Source of the DNA: Naegleria gruberi
Taxonomy: Eukaryota
DNA: 64,000 nucleotides
Direction: 5' to 3' (one strand)
NCBI GenBank assembly: GCA_000004985.1
Contig: GG738868.1
Shown here: positions 20,514 through 30,700 of the stretch, one piece after another
Position numbering within the stretch: position 1 is the first letter of the stretch
How the letters are laid out: every line of letters begins with the position of its first letter
Made by a program: the position numbers and the translations under genes
The notes under the pieces: model-generated
The model's input: only the letters and a program-made list of their open reading frames with translations
Database searches by the model: none
What the model was told of the DNA's origin: nothing

Positions 20514-23228
20514 TTACTTGAAATATTTAGCAATTCTGTTGGACATTTTGTATCTTAATGATGGTGGAGATTTATCCAAATTATTAATATAATAATCTTC
20601 CATTGGAGTTGGTGGATAATAGAGTGGAATGTGACATCTACTTCCAGAGTACTTTGAAAAACATCGACATGAATCAATTCCAATACAGAAACCATTTCCA
20701 GAACATACATCCACACTTGTTGCATTCTTTCCAAAACACTGCCATTCATCTACAGTAATAATAACATTAAATGCCTCACCTGAATCCAGTGTAAGAGGTA
20801 TCTTTCCATTTGGTTTTGCAAGTGCCAGAACAGGTTCATCATTATATAGACTCGTAGAGGTGGGAGCTGCTTGAAGATATTCGTTTAAACCTCTTGCATA
20901 AATATTGCCCCTATTGGTAACGTAAAGTGTAGCCATAGAACTGTCATCTCCAGCAGATACATCAACTACTAGCTCAGAGTTTGGAATTAGTTTGACAAGA
21001 GATGTTCCTGAATAATAGTACATTGCAATACCATCATCTGAAAGAAAAGCTGGAAGATTTCCACATATAATTTTGATTATTTTCTTTGAGCCAATTAAGC
21101 CGTTTTCCAATCTGGTCCAATTTGTAACTGTTGTAACAGTAGCACTATAGATTATTCTATAGTTTGAATTTTCACCAATAGCAAAGACCTTTCCTGACTT
21201 GGTCAAGATATAAAATGTGTTGGTGCAAATTGCAAAATCTTGAAGGGTTTCACCTATGGCACTAGTTGCATTGGAAATATCTAGCTCAGTCCATGAAGTT
21301 GCTATGGATGGCATGTTAGGAGCTCCAAAATTTCCAACAGCTCCTCTAACCACTATACTTCCATTATTCAATTGTATACCAAGGAAATTATATCCAGTAG
21401 CTATCTTTTTTGCAGTCCAATTTGGTGTCTCAGAAAATACATCAATTGGAGTGAAAAGAAATGAAGATATATAATCAATACCATACTGATAAGCATGGCC
21501 ACTTCCCCAACCATATACTTTTCCTGAACTTGTCAAAATTAATCCATTGGTTGCTGAAATTCGAATGTCAATAATTTCACTATTGTTATATTGTGTTGCA
21601 TTGACTTGTTGAGGAGGGGTTGAAGAGACAATTTCATTGCTGTTTAATGAGGTACCACTAGCACAAACACCCCAATTGTGGAGAGTTGAATTTCCTCCTT
21701 CATAATTGATATTAATATAGGAGCAACCATTAGTTGATCTCACTAAAACATTTCTCACATTATTTGCAAATGGATTGTAACCATTGAGTGTTAGAGGAGA
21801 AGGAAGAACTTGTTTGTAATCCCCATAACCCATTTGGCCTCTGTAATTATCACCAAATGCATAAAACTTTCCAGAGTTTCCACTTATTAAGGAATAACCA
21901 TTAAGAGTTAAAAATCCTTCAGAAGGAATTGTATCACCTCCAATATCTATATCATACATATCGTATGGTGATGTTCTTCCTCTATCAGGATCCTTTCCCC
22001 ATGATAACAAACTAGCAGCTCCCATAATACCAAACAAGCAAAAACCTGCATTACTACTTCTGTCAATGTCAAGTATTTCACCGCTTAAACCTCTTGTAGT
22101 GGCAGCACTATTAATTACAGATGTCAAATTATAGGGTGTATAAATAGGGGAACCTCCAAAAGCAGGATTAGAGCTTGCTTGTCCTTCATTATTTGCACCA
22201 AACACATAAACATGTTTTGACTCTGTTAATATTGTTCCAGTACGATCTCCAAGAGTAATCTTTATCGGTTTCTCAGTGGAATAATCTAATGGAAGGAGTT
22301 GTGGTTCTGAAAAGACACTTGTTCCAGTATTTCCAATTCCTAATGCTCCATCTACATTCGAACCCCAAACCAATACATGATAGGTAGAATTAATGACAGC
22401 TGCACTATAACTATAAAGACTCATCGACAGAACATTACGTAATTTGGGTAAAAGTGTTGGTGTGGAGTCAGTTCCAGTGTTTTCAGGAGTGTGACCTCTT
22501 AATCCATCACCCCAACCACCCCATGAAAAGATATGACCACTATCCATCAAGACTAAATAAGTTGGTTCGCCAAATACTCCACCAACATAAACCTGAGCTA
22601 TGTTTGCAGTGATAGATACTTGCAAATCTGGATCGACGAAAGTTGTTGGAACATCATATTTAGCTAAACCTAATCCAAATAATTGATGGACATAGACTTG
22701 ATTATCTGTGGTGGCCAGAATACATGTAAACCAACACTTGATTTTGTGAACTTCCTTATCTTTCAATGGATTGGTGGCTATTTTATCCTGACGATAGTAA
22801 CCTAAAGTTACATAATTTGGAATATTATAAGGAACTTCAGCAAATGCAAAATATGAATTACTATTATCTCCTGCCATGAGAATAGTTTGTCCAATCAATG
22901 AATTATCAGTACCATTTCTAAATGACAGTAAAACTGTCGTAAATGTCAAACCTCCTGTTATAACTGTTGGAGTGGTAATAACATTGCTCATTCCATAGGC
23001 AACATTCCATGTGTAATTATTAGAAAACATTTCTCCAAAGTGTTGCAATTCAACAGGTGTCTTGGCAGCATTCAGAATAGGATATGCCAAATTTCCGATC
23101 ATGTTACTTCCCCACACTGTTATTGAAGGATTCGAATAGGTTGCACATTGTGTTGATGTGGTGAAATAGAAGAGCAAGAAAGTGCAATAAACTAGTGCTG
23201 CAACAGATACCGTATATTTAGAAATCAT
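20514..23228 (-). CDS. Secreted RCC1-like repeat (beta-propeller) protein with C-terminal EGF-like Cys-rich module
   Basis: Signal peptide MISKYTVSVAALVYCTFLLFYFTTSTQC. There are multiple RCC1-type blades (VWGSN..GALGIGN, VYVFGANNEGQ, YAFGDNYRGQMGYGD, VYGWGSGHAYQYG). The C-terminus is DVCSGNGFCIGIDSCRCFSKYSGSRCH (EGF-like). 904 aa, single exon. Confidence 0.6.
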   Translation of the reverse strand: MISKYTVSVAALVYCTFLLFYFTTSTQCATYSNPSITVWGSNMIGNLAYPILNAAKTPVELQHFGEMFSNNYTWNVAYGMSNVITTPTVITGGLTFTTVLLSFRNGTDNSLIGQTILMAGDNSNSYFAFAEVPYNIPNYVTLGYYRQDKIATNPLKDKEVHKIKCWFTCILATTDNQVYVHQLFGLGLAKYDVPTTFVDPDLQVSITANIAQVYVGGVFGEPTYLVLMDSGHIFSWGGWGDGLRGHTPENTGTDSTPTLLPKLRNVLSMSLYSYSAAVINSTYHVLVWGSNVDGALGIGNTGTSVFSEPQLLPLDYSTEKPIKITLGDRTGTILTESKHVYVFGANNEGQASSNPAFGGSPIYTPYNLTSVINSAATTRGLSGEILDIDRSSNAGFCLFGIMGAASLLSWGKDPDRGRTSPYDMYDIDIGGDTIPSEGFLTLNGYSLISGNSGKFYAFGDNYRGQMGYGDYKQVLPSPLTLNGYNPFANNVRNVLVRSTNGCSYININYEGGNSTLHNWGVCASGTSLNSNEIVSSTPPQQVNATQYNNSEIIDIRISATNGLILTSSGKVYGWGSGHAYQYGIDYISSFLFTPIDVFSETPNWTAKKIATGYNFLGIQLNNGSIVVRGAVGNFGAPNMPSIATSWTELDISNATSAIGETLQDFAICTNTFYILTKSGKVFAIGENSNYRIIYSATVTTVTNWTRLENGLIGSKKIIKIICGNLPAFLSDDGIAMYYYSGTSLVKLIPNSELVVDVSAGDDSSMATLYVTNRGNIYARGLNEYLQAAPTSTSLYNDEPVLALAKPNGKIPLTLDSGEAFNVIITVDEWQCFGKNATSVDVCSGNGFCIGIDSCRCFSKYSGSRCHIPLYYPPTPMEDYYINNLDKSPPSLRYKMSNRIAKYFK

Positions 23229-23601
23229 TTTTTTGTGTGATTTGAAATGTCCCTTTTTGACAGGCGTATTTCACGATTTCACTGACAGCAACTAAGCTTG
23301 GATTTCACCGATAAGAGTATCGAATATTCTTCATTTTTCAAAGAACACAATAAGGAAGGTTTCTACTATTCTGTATTGCACACCCTTCAAACTTTATTTT
23401 TTTAAAATTAACTTTTAATTATCATATTTTGAAATAATTCAGTTTTGTTTTTAAAAACTCAAAATAATAAAATATATAAATTAAGACAAATAAATTAAAA
23501 GCTCAAAGATTGAGACACCATTTGGTGAATCAACTTTGTAACCTGCCTTAAAGGATATAAATCTTTATTAAACACAACAATCTGTATCATCTCTATTTAG
23601 A

Positions 23602-24621
23602 TCAATAAACAATGGCATGTTTAGAAACAGTTTTGATTGTTTGTATTATTTGTTGGACCATAAAATTATGAAACGGTTCGGTGAGGCCATTCTGGTGCTC
23701 TTCTAGTAGTTCCAAATATTTTGTTCTGCATTTCTTTTGTACAGTAATATCAAATAGTCCATATCTATTAAGAATCATATTCATCAATAATCGAGCAGTT
23801 CTTCCATTCCCATCCAGAAATGGGTGAATATGAAGAAATTTACAATGTGCTAGAATGGAAAAGAGTGCAGGATGTAATATTCCATTATCAACTCTTTCTC
23901 TATTCAAATGGAACCACTCAAAGTATTGTTTCATGATTTGAGGTACCTCCTGAGGGTAGGGTCTAACAGTTTCAGAACCCTTGACACGAATTGGGATGAG
24001 TCTATAATTCGATTCCATAAAACCTTCAACATTGCAATAACATTTACTCTTCCCAAAAAGTTCGGTGTGAATATTAAGCAACTGATTTTCGTTAAAATGG
24101 CTTAGTGGTTGTTCCTCTAATTTAGAAATATATTGGAAAGCATGGTGGTGGAACAGTACTTCTAGACATTCTCTTGTGGTTGCTTCTTTTTGCAAAATCT
24201 GACTGAAATCTTGTTGTGATACACCCATTAGTTGTTCAGAAGAGTAAGTGCCGAATGAGTCAAAGAGGATTTCGCAGTCTTTTTGCGATAAAGTATTTCC
24301 CTCAATGCTTGTGCTGTGGTGAGTATTTGAAAGACGATAATTTGCCCAGATGGCATGGTTTTTAGAAAGCTGTGGTACAATACTTGTGGATAAAGAATCT
24401 AAGTAACCTAAATGATAGATATTTGCCAATGGTTGCTCATCTTTGAAGATATTAGTGGCTCCCAACCACATTTCTCCAGAAAATGCCTTTTTAACTTTTT
24501 CTTCTGGTGAGAGGGAGTTATAGATAGAGTAAATCTCCAGCAAACGTTCCTTTCGGCGTGCTTCTTTGCTCTCTATTATAGTATTAAAGGTTGCATTTAA
24601 AAGAAGTCGTGAGGTACGCAT
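23602..24621 (-). CDS. Fic-domain protein (Fido/AMPylase family), compact single-domain form
   Basis: Canonical Fic motif HPFLDGNGRTARLLMNMIL (HxFx[DE]GNGRxxR) at nt 23800..23826. An upstream inhibitory-helix-like motif STSIEG matching (S/T)xxxE(G/N) lies at about 24298..24315. 339 aa, no TM/TPR region, intronless. Confidence 0.8.
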   Translation of the reverse strand: MRTSRLLLNATFNTIIESKEARRKERLLEIYSIYNSLSPEEKVKKAFSGEMWLGATNIFKDEQPLANIYHLGYLDSLSTSIVPQLSKNHAIWANYRLSNTHHSTSIEGNTLSQKDCEILFDSFGTYSSEQLMGVSQQDFSQILQKEATTRECLEVLFHHHAFQYISKLEEQPLSHFNENQLLNIHTELFGKSKCYCNVEGFMESNYRLIPIRVKGSETVRPYPQEVPQIMKQYFEWFHLNRERVDNGILHPALFSILAHCKFLHIHPFLDGNGRTARLLMNMILNRYGLFDITVQKKCRTKYLELLEEHQNGLTEPFHNFMVQQIIQTIKTVSKHAIVY

Positions 24622-25003
24622 TTTGAATTTTTTATTGTTTTTTAATATATTAAGGATTATTTGAATTATATAAATGTTGTTTTTCTAATAATAACATGAT
24701 GCGGCAAGTAAACTCAACTTCTTTTGAAAAGAATTTGAAAATGCTAATTGCAGCATTCTCAAAAATATAGAAATGAGTAAGAACGAGTATTAATAGCAAC
24801 ATCGTATTATTCGAAATCTGTGTATTATTAATAGTGTTGCATCCCTTACAACTCTAAATCACGTTTGGGGTTTATTTAGATCAACAAGATTTGGTGCAAT
24901 GGAAATTAATGATCCTTCAAATTCCAAATCATGGTTTCATCAACGCGAGCGATTAAAATCACGTTAAATAGCTTAAAAAACAAACTTAAAAAAAAACAAG
25001 AAA

Positions 25004-26977
25004 ATGGTTTCAGCATCAACAACGAGAGCAAAAAATCGATTGTTAAGAGACTTGAAGGAGATTGAGAATAATCCATTAGAAACTGTGTATGCCCAACCTT
25101 TGCCAAACGATATATTTCATTGGTATGCAACAGTGTTGGCTCCAAAGGAATCTCGTTACCATGGAATTATATTGAATTTGAGTATTGTTTTCCCAGAAAC
25201 GTATCCGAAAGATCCACCCAAGGTTGTTTGCTCGACTCGTATTCACCACCATCATGTCTTTCCAACTTGGATCTGTTTGGACATGTTGAGAACTCACTTT
25301 TCATCAGAGCCTTACAGTGGATGGAGTTCCAGTTATTCTTGTTTGTCCATCTTGTTGCAGTTGCAATCCTTCTTATTGGAGGAGGAAGAACAGCAAAAAG
25401 ATTACATTAAGGAAGATATTGCATCATCAAGAGACTATTCTAATCTCAAAATAGGACATAATCCGAGTAAGGGAAATATTTGGCCACGAGCACCACATTG
25501 GAATGTGGATGAAATTATCAAATCAGAATATGATCCCTCTTTACAAACTAAAAAAAAGGATGAAACTCAATATGAGAAGGGTGTTGTTGACATGGATTTG
25601 GAAGAATTTATTGAGAAGGAGACGAAGCAAGCGAGCTCTGTAATGTCAAAGAAGAAGAGAAAAAAGATGAACCGATTACAAAGATCCAAAAAGGAGGAAA
25701 ATGATGAGAATGTCCCTTCAAGCAGTACATCTACTATTACTCACCAAGCACCTGTTCAATTAAACAAGATTGAAAAGATGAAGGACCTTCCAAATGAAAC
25801 ATTGATTCATATTTTGAGTTATCTATCTCTCATTGACTTGAAGAGAGTGAGCAACTCTTCCAATTTTATGAAACTCTTGTGTGAAAACAAGAGTTTGACA
25901 ACTGAAAGAGAATTGATTTGTTTCCACTCCAAAGTAACCTACAAAGAAGATATTCTTGGAGTTGGATTAACATTTGAAACAAAGGATGGTGGGGTGGTTG
26001 CCTCCATTTCTACTCCATTAGATTTGGTATCAAAAAGTGCATTCTTTGATGAAAGTGTCAGAAAGAGTGTTTGGGGTGTTTTGACTCAACAATGGATTCC
26101 AATATATATTAATAAGGAACATGGAAACTTTGAGGCTCTAAAACAAGCCGTCAAGAGTATTGCCAAGTCATATCCATCACTATCTCAATCCAATAAGTTT
26201 GACAGTCCAGAAATCTATATTGATCTATTGTGTAAATTGATGAATACCATGGTGGTTGAGATTATGAAAGGTCAAACCCATGCCTCAATCAAGGCCCTGT
26301 ATGGATATATGTACTTTCACCGATGGCTGATTTACTTGGTTCAAAAGTTCCCATCTGCTCTCAAAGATATTGAGGAACAAGTCAAATCCTTTGTTACCAA
26401 TGAGAATTCACGTAAAAAGTCAAATTGTCCAAACATTGGCGAATTCCTTCCAAAACTTTCAGTTTTGGGTCCATCTGGTTTAACTTGGGATTATGTTAAA
26501 TCATCTGTTGTTGAGGAAACCTCTATTAGAAATCAACTTTGGGTCATCAAGCAGTTCCCTTCTCTATCTTCCACTAATGATAGTTCAGATGATTTCAGAT
26601 GCACCAATTCGTGGGTGGCAAACAATGTCTCTTGTAAGCTAATTATGTTCCATGTATTCTTCTTGAGAAATGTTGTAGAATCTTATACTGACCTTTCTCT
26701 TGAAGAATTTGGAAGATTGTACGATAATAACTTTGGTTGCCCACCAAAGACAAAGAATGGTGATTTTTTGGAAGATGTTCTTCAAAGGGAGGTATTCACA
26801 ATTCAAAATGTGTCATGTTTCCAACAATATTTCGAATACGTCGGTTTACCAAATATGAAAACAAGAACATCTGTTGCTCAATATTTGAGAAATTGTGTTA
26901 CCATTAGTGAAAAGAGAAGATATCATAATAATTTCAAAAATGGAAACAAGAACAACTTTTACAAAAATAAAAAGTAG
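25004..26977 (+). CDS. UBC (E2) core domain + F-box fusion protein with long uncharacterised C-terminal region
   Basis: The N-terminal ~120 aa is a UBC fold (RLLRDLKEIENNP..HWYATVL..Y..G.I.L.I.FP..YP..PPKV.C.T.I.HHHV....WICLDML..W.P..S..SILLQLQSFL) with the catalytic Cys at 25274..25276. The usual HPN is replaced by HHHH (25244..25255). An F-box-like motif LPNETLIHILSYLSLIDLKRVS lies at about 25796. The remaining ~390 aa is unassigned. Confidence 0.7.
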   Translation: MVSASTTRAKNRLLRDLKEIENNPLETVYAQPLPNDIFHWYATVLAPKESRYHGIILNLSIVFPETYPKDPPKVVCSTRIHHHHVFPTWICLDMLRTHFSSEPYSGWSSSYSCLSILLQLQSFLLEEEEQQKDYIKEDIASSRDYSNLKIGHNPSKGNIWPRAPHWNVDEIIKSEYDPSLQTKKKDETQYEKGVVDMDLEEFIEKETKQASSVMSKKKRKKMNRLQRSKKEENDENVPSSSTSTITHQAPVQLNKIEKMKDLPNETLIHILSYLSLIDLKRVSNSSNFMKLLCENKSLTTERELICFHSKVTYKEDILGVGLTFETKDGGVVASISTPLDLVSKSAFFDESVRKSVWGVLTQQWIPIYINKEHGNFEALKQAVKSIAKSYPSLSQSNKFDSPEIYIDLLCKLMNTMVVEIMKGQTHASIKALYGYMYFHRWLIYLVQKFPSALKDIEEQVKSFVTNENSRKKSNCPNIGEFLPKLSVLGPSGLTWDYVKSSVVEETSIRNQLWVIKQFPSLSSTNDSSDDFRCTNSWVANNVSCKLIMFHVFFLRNVVESYTDLSLEEFGRLYDNNFGCPPKTKNGDFLEDVLQREVFTIQNVSCFQQYFEYVGLPNMKTRTSVAQYLRNCVTISEKRRYHNNFKNGNKNNFYKNKK

Positions 26978-27178
26978 TTTTCCTCAATCAACTTAATCAG
27001 CTCTAAAGATTATACTGTTTAAGACTAGAGGAGCAAAGTTATGAAAATGGTGAGGGACAAAACCAAGTTGAAAGTCTTTGAAACAAGAGGAAATTTGACC
27101 TTAAACAAGAAAAGGAACCTCACTTTGTGTTGATGTTCTTTAAGCAAGCTTCCCAGTGTATATTATATTCGGAATTCT

Positions 27179-27712
27179 GTGAAGAAAAGAATAATTGAAT
27201 GGGAGGAAGGCGAGTTATTGTGTTATTTGAGAAAAAGAAAATTAATATTTAATTTTAATAGAGTCACACATTTACATGGTTTGAATGAAAAAGCTAACAG
27301 ATTCAGAAAAATAATGAATGAAAATGGCAAATCATACAAATTCATTTCTGGGTCTAGTGATTACGATAGATATGAAGAAGTAGAGAAAATGAGAGAAGAC
27401 ATCTATCGTAAAATCATCAATGCAGGGTTTGAGCCAGACACAAGATGGGTCACTAATTCGAAACTAATGACAGAAGAAGAAAAAATAGCTTCTCTACACA
27501 AGCATGCAGAAAAAACAGCCATAGCTCATGCCTTTGTTTTAAATCCAAACAGAAAGAAAATATTACTAACCATAAATCTACGAGTTTGCAATGATTGTCA
27601 TAACGCTGCTACGTATATTTCCAAAGAGATGAATGTTGAAATTATTGTAAGAGATGCAAATAGATACCATCATTTTGTTAATGGTAAATGTAGTTGTGGA
27701 AATTATTGGTAA
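27179..27712 (+). CDS. Stand-alone DYW-type cytidine deaminase domain protein (no PPR repeats detectable)
   Basis: The C-terminal 95 aa match the plant/protist DYW domain almost position for position: HAEKTAIAHAF.., NLRVCNDCHNAATYISKEMNVEIIVRDANRYHHFVNGKCSCGNYW. The zinc/catalytic residues HxE (27503..27511) and CxDCH (27587..27601) are present, and the protein ends in NYW instead of DYW. The upstream part (..GFEPDTRWVTNSKLMTEEEKIASL) resembles the E2/DYW-N region. The first in-frame ATG is at 27314, and the track start 27179 is GTG. There is no room for a PPR array between this gene and the upstream gene end (26977). Confidence 0.8.
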   Translation: MKKRIIEWEEGELLCYLRKRKLIFNFNRVTHLHGLNEKANRFRKIMNENGKSYKFISGSSDYDRYEEVEKMREDIYRKIINAGFEPDTRWVTNSKLMTEEEKIASLHKHAEKTAIAHAFVLNPNRKKILLTINLRVCNDCHNAATYISKEMNVEIIVRDANRYHHFVNGKCSCGNYW

Positions 27713-27813
27713 CACAACCCCCATGATACCTCAGCATGATATTACTCCTTGAACATCTAATAATACTAATATTTCTAATAATTACAAATTTTATTAAGGT
27801 TTATTTGGGAAAA

Positions 27814-28752
27814 TTACAAACTACCAATAAGTGTTCCTAAAGCAAAACAAACCGCTGCACATACAGAAGTAATTGCCAATTCATGATTGATATCATCGTA
27901 TAATCGCCTTTCATTTGGTGAAATCAATGTTTCACATTTGAAAACTCTTCTTTCTGGATCAACCTTTCCAATAAGTATAACCTGATCATCCTTATTCAAA
28001 ACTTTTTGAATAATTTGTGCATCAAACAATGCAAACAGCTTTATAATGGGTTGGAATTTAATATTGCTGTCTCGATTCATTCTCATTACTGTTTCAATAT
28101 GACCGTTATAGTCTCTAATATTTTCAGAGTATTCTTTGGTTGGTCCCATGACTATTTTGCAATTGGGTAAGAGTTCAACCTTTAAACTTTCAGTTAAATC
28201 ATTATTAGAATCGAACCATTCTTTAGATGGAATGCCAAAAGCAAATTTCACCTCCAGATCACTACTATAACATCTCAATCGCTCTCTTCTCCTGCTTTTA
28301 ACAAACAAGATCTTTCCACTATCTTTTGAGATTTCATAAATCAAAACTGGTTCTTGACTTTCGATTGAATCATCCAATTTCAGCACCTTGTTTGAATTAA
28401 TCTTTCCAACATTTTTACACAATTTACCATCTGTTAAATTTCCTTCCTCAATAATGTTCGAATGTTCAAGTTGATCATATTGAGTATAATACAATGATCC
28501 GTCAAGTACACACAGAGCCAATCCCATTAATATTAAAATAATTCTAGCTTGTGAAGATGAGGATTTTCTTTTTTCCTCATCATTTTGATTGTTATTTGGA
28601 TTATTATTTACAATTGTTGAATAATGTAGCAATTGTTGTTGATGTGTGAAAATTGTCTTGTTTAATCTATTACGAATGCAGTATGAATCCAATAACCATG
28701 GTTGTCTATTGCTCATCATTATGGAGGGTGATAAATTCTTACTGGTTTGCAA
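27814..28752 (-). CDS. Hypothetical membrane protein (N-terminal region TM + C-terminal TM)
   Basis: 312 aa. Hydrophobic segments ARIILILMGLALCVL and AITSVCAAVCFALGTLIGSL. No family assignment. Confidence 0.35.
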   Translation of the reverse strand: MQTSKNLSPSIMMSNRQPWLLDSYCIRNRLNKTIFTHQQQLLHYSTIVNNNPNNNQNDEEKRKSSSSQARIILILMGLALCVLDGSLYYTQYDQLEHSNIIEEGNLTDGKLCKNVGKINSNKVLKLDDSIESQEPVLIYEISKDSGKILFVKSRRRERLRCYSSDLEVKFAFGIPSKEWFDSNNDLTESLKVELLPNCKIVMGPTKEYSENIRDYNGHIETVMRMNRDSNIKFQPIIKLFALFDAQIIQKVLNKDDQVILIGKVDPERRVFKCETLISPNERRLYDDINHELAITSVCAAVCFALGTLIGSL

Positions 28753-29203
28753 CCATCATGAAATAATTTGTTGAGATAACTCTTCCTACATGGACACGGA
28801 GATGTCGTTTCATTTTTTTTAGTTTTACAACATGATGAACTGTTACGTGTCTTGTGTGATTGGTTGGTTAAAAGGGGTGGTTGTGAGTCAGTGATGATGG
28901 ACACATCATACATGCTTTTTGATTTGCTTCATGTTGCAACTACTATTGTTTTTGTGTACATAATTAAGATTTTTGATAGGAATAGTTATTCTAAACAAGT
29001 ACAACAAAAATCCACAAAGTTTCTAAAATAGTATTTGTTTCATTCGTAAATTTCAATTGATGTTGTAATTGCAATTAATAATTGACCACTTTTCCAATCA
29101 ATACATATTCCACTTGGTTTTTCCAATCTTTTTCTCCTTGTAAATAACATTGAATCCTTCCCTGATATCGTATTCACATTTGGGTTGCAGCACTAGCAAA
29201 GTA

Positions 29204-30076
29204 TTATGTTCCAAATGGTATTGTAGCAAATATATTCCCTGAATTTCTCTCATAAATCATTGCAAACATGTTATAAGAGGTGTAATTTCCAACATAATCC
29301 GAAAGAGTCATATAGTGTAAAGAAGTCCATTCCTGTTTCTCGCTCTGTTGAAAAACCTCCAACTTATTGGAACAATGACAGCAAATGAATTGATTTTTGG
29401 AAGTAACCTCAAAAGCAGAACTGTTTCGAAGTATTAGGGGAGTTTCAACTTTCACTATTTGACCATCTCTACATCTGATCTGTCTCAGTGTTTCAACATC
29501 AATTTTCTTGGAGGTCAGCAAGACCAGTTCTCCATTCAAATCACATGTGGCCATTCCATACGTTGCACAATCTAATTCTGTTTTCCATAATGAATTAGAT
29601 AATTTACCTCCCATTAACAATGAGTGCAAATTAAACTTCATCAACATTCCCTTAGCATCTTCCTCATCTATCCAAACCATCAAGAAGAACGCATCCTCTC
29701 GATCATTCACAACTGAATTCATATATTCAAATTCTAATTCTACTCTATTAATTAATTGCTTTGTTTTCCGATCCAAAACATAAATCAATCTCTCTGTACA
29801 AGCCAATATACAATCTAATCGGTACGATATTTTCAAATCACAGGAAACATCCATATCATTCACATTCCATGTTTTGTATTCAATAATTTGAATAGGCTTT
29901 CTGAGGCCATTATTCAGAGAAAAACTCTTAATTTTTCTTAAAGTTAATTTATTCTTCAACCAAGTCATCAACAATTGTTCATTCCCTCGTTGATTCATCG
30001 GAACATCTTCATCGCGCTGATTTATTGTCATATTAAAATCAATAAGGGTAACTGTAACAATCTCCTCATCACACAT
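29204..30076 (-). CDS. Hypothetical protein
   Basis: 290-aa uninterrupted ORF with normal amino-acid composition. No recognisable motif. Confidence 0.35.
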   Translation of the reverse strand: MCDEEIVTVTLIDFNMTINQRDEDVPMNQRGNEQLLMTWLKNKLTLRKIKSFSLNNGLRKPIQIIEYKTWNVNDMDVSCDLKISYRLDCILACTERLIYVLDRKTKQLINRVELEFEYMNSVVNDREDAFFLMVWIDEEDAKGMLMKFNLHSLLMGGKLSNSLWKTELDCATYGMATCDLNGELVLLTSKKIDVETLRQIRCRDGQIVKVETPLILRNSSAFEVTSKNQFICCHCSNKLEVFQQSEKQEWTSLHYMTLSDYVGNYTSYNMFAMIYERNSGNIFATIPFGT

Positions 30077-30700
30077 TTTTATTTTTTAAAACTTTGACTG
30101 CATGAACGGTGAGAAATAAAAATCGAAGTAGACCCAAATCAATTGGGTCCGCTCAATTTTTTTGTGCTGGTTATAGCACAGAAGAGTTGGTGATCCATAT
30201 GCTACAAATCGACAGCCATATTTACTGGCCTTTAAAGTGATCATGAATCCTCAAAATGTTGTGGTTTTCGAATTTAAAAAGGAAAATTGATAAAGTTCAC
30301 CTAATACAAACCTTGAACATTCAAGTTCAATGAATTATATTCAAGTTCAAGGTTTAATGTTTTAAAATTTTTTAATTTCATATTCAAAAAAATGTCTCGT
30401 GTGGTTTATACAAAAACCACCAAAGCTTCCAATACTCAGCAACAACAAAAAAATAATCAAACCAAAACGGAAGATAAGAAAGATAAGAAGAAGGATAATA
30501 AGAGTGAACCAGAGAAGAAGCCTTTTCCGGGACAAGGTAGAAAACTTGGAGATTAATGATGGTTCGGAAAATTTGTGATTGTTGCAATAATTAATTTTAA
30601 AATTATTATTATCATCAAATATTCTTTTAATGTCGTATGTATGGAAGAAGAGGCGAAATTAATTCTAGAAGATTTGCCGATTAAAATTAAATTTTAGGAA

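Noticed and set aside
30391-30558. Plus-strand 55-codon ORF MSRVVYTKTTKASNTQQQQKNNQTKTEDKKDKKKDNKSEPEKKPFPGQGRKLGD, and the ORF-track minus-strand entry 30384..30587
   Set aside because: The plus-strand ORF is K/Q-rich low complexity with no family match I can name, and the minus-strand ORF is its antisense. It could be a genuine small basic protein, but the support is insufficient to call it.
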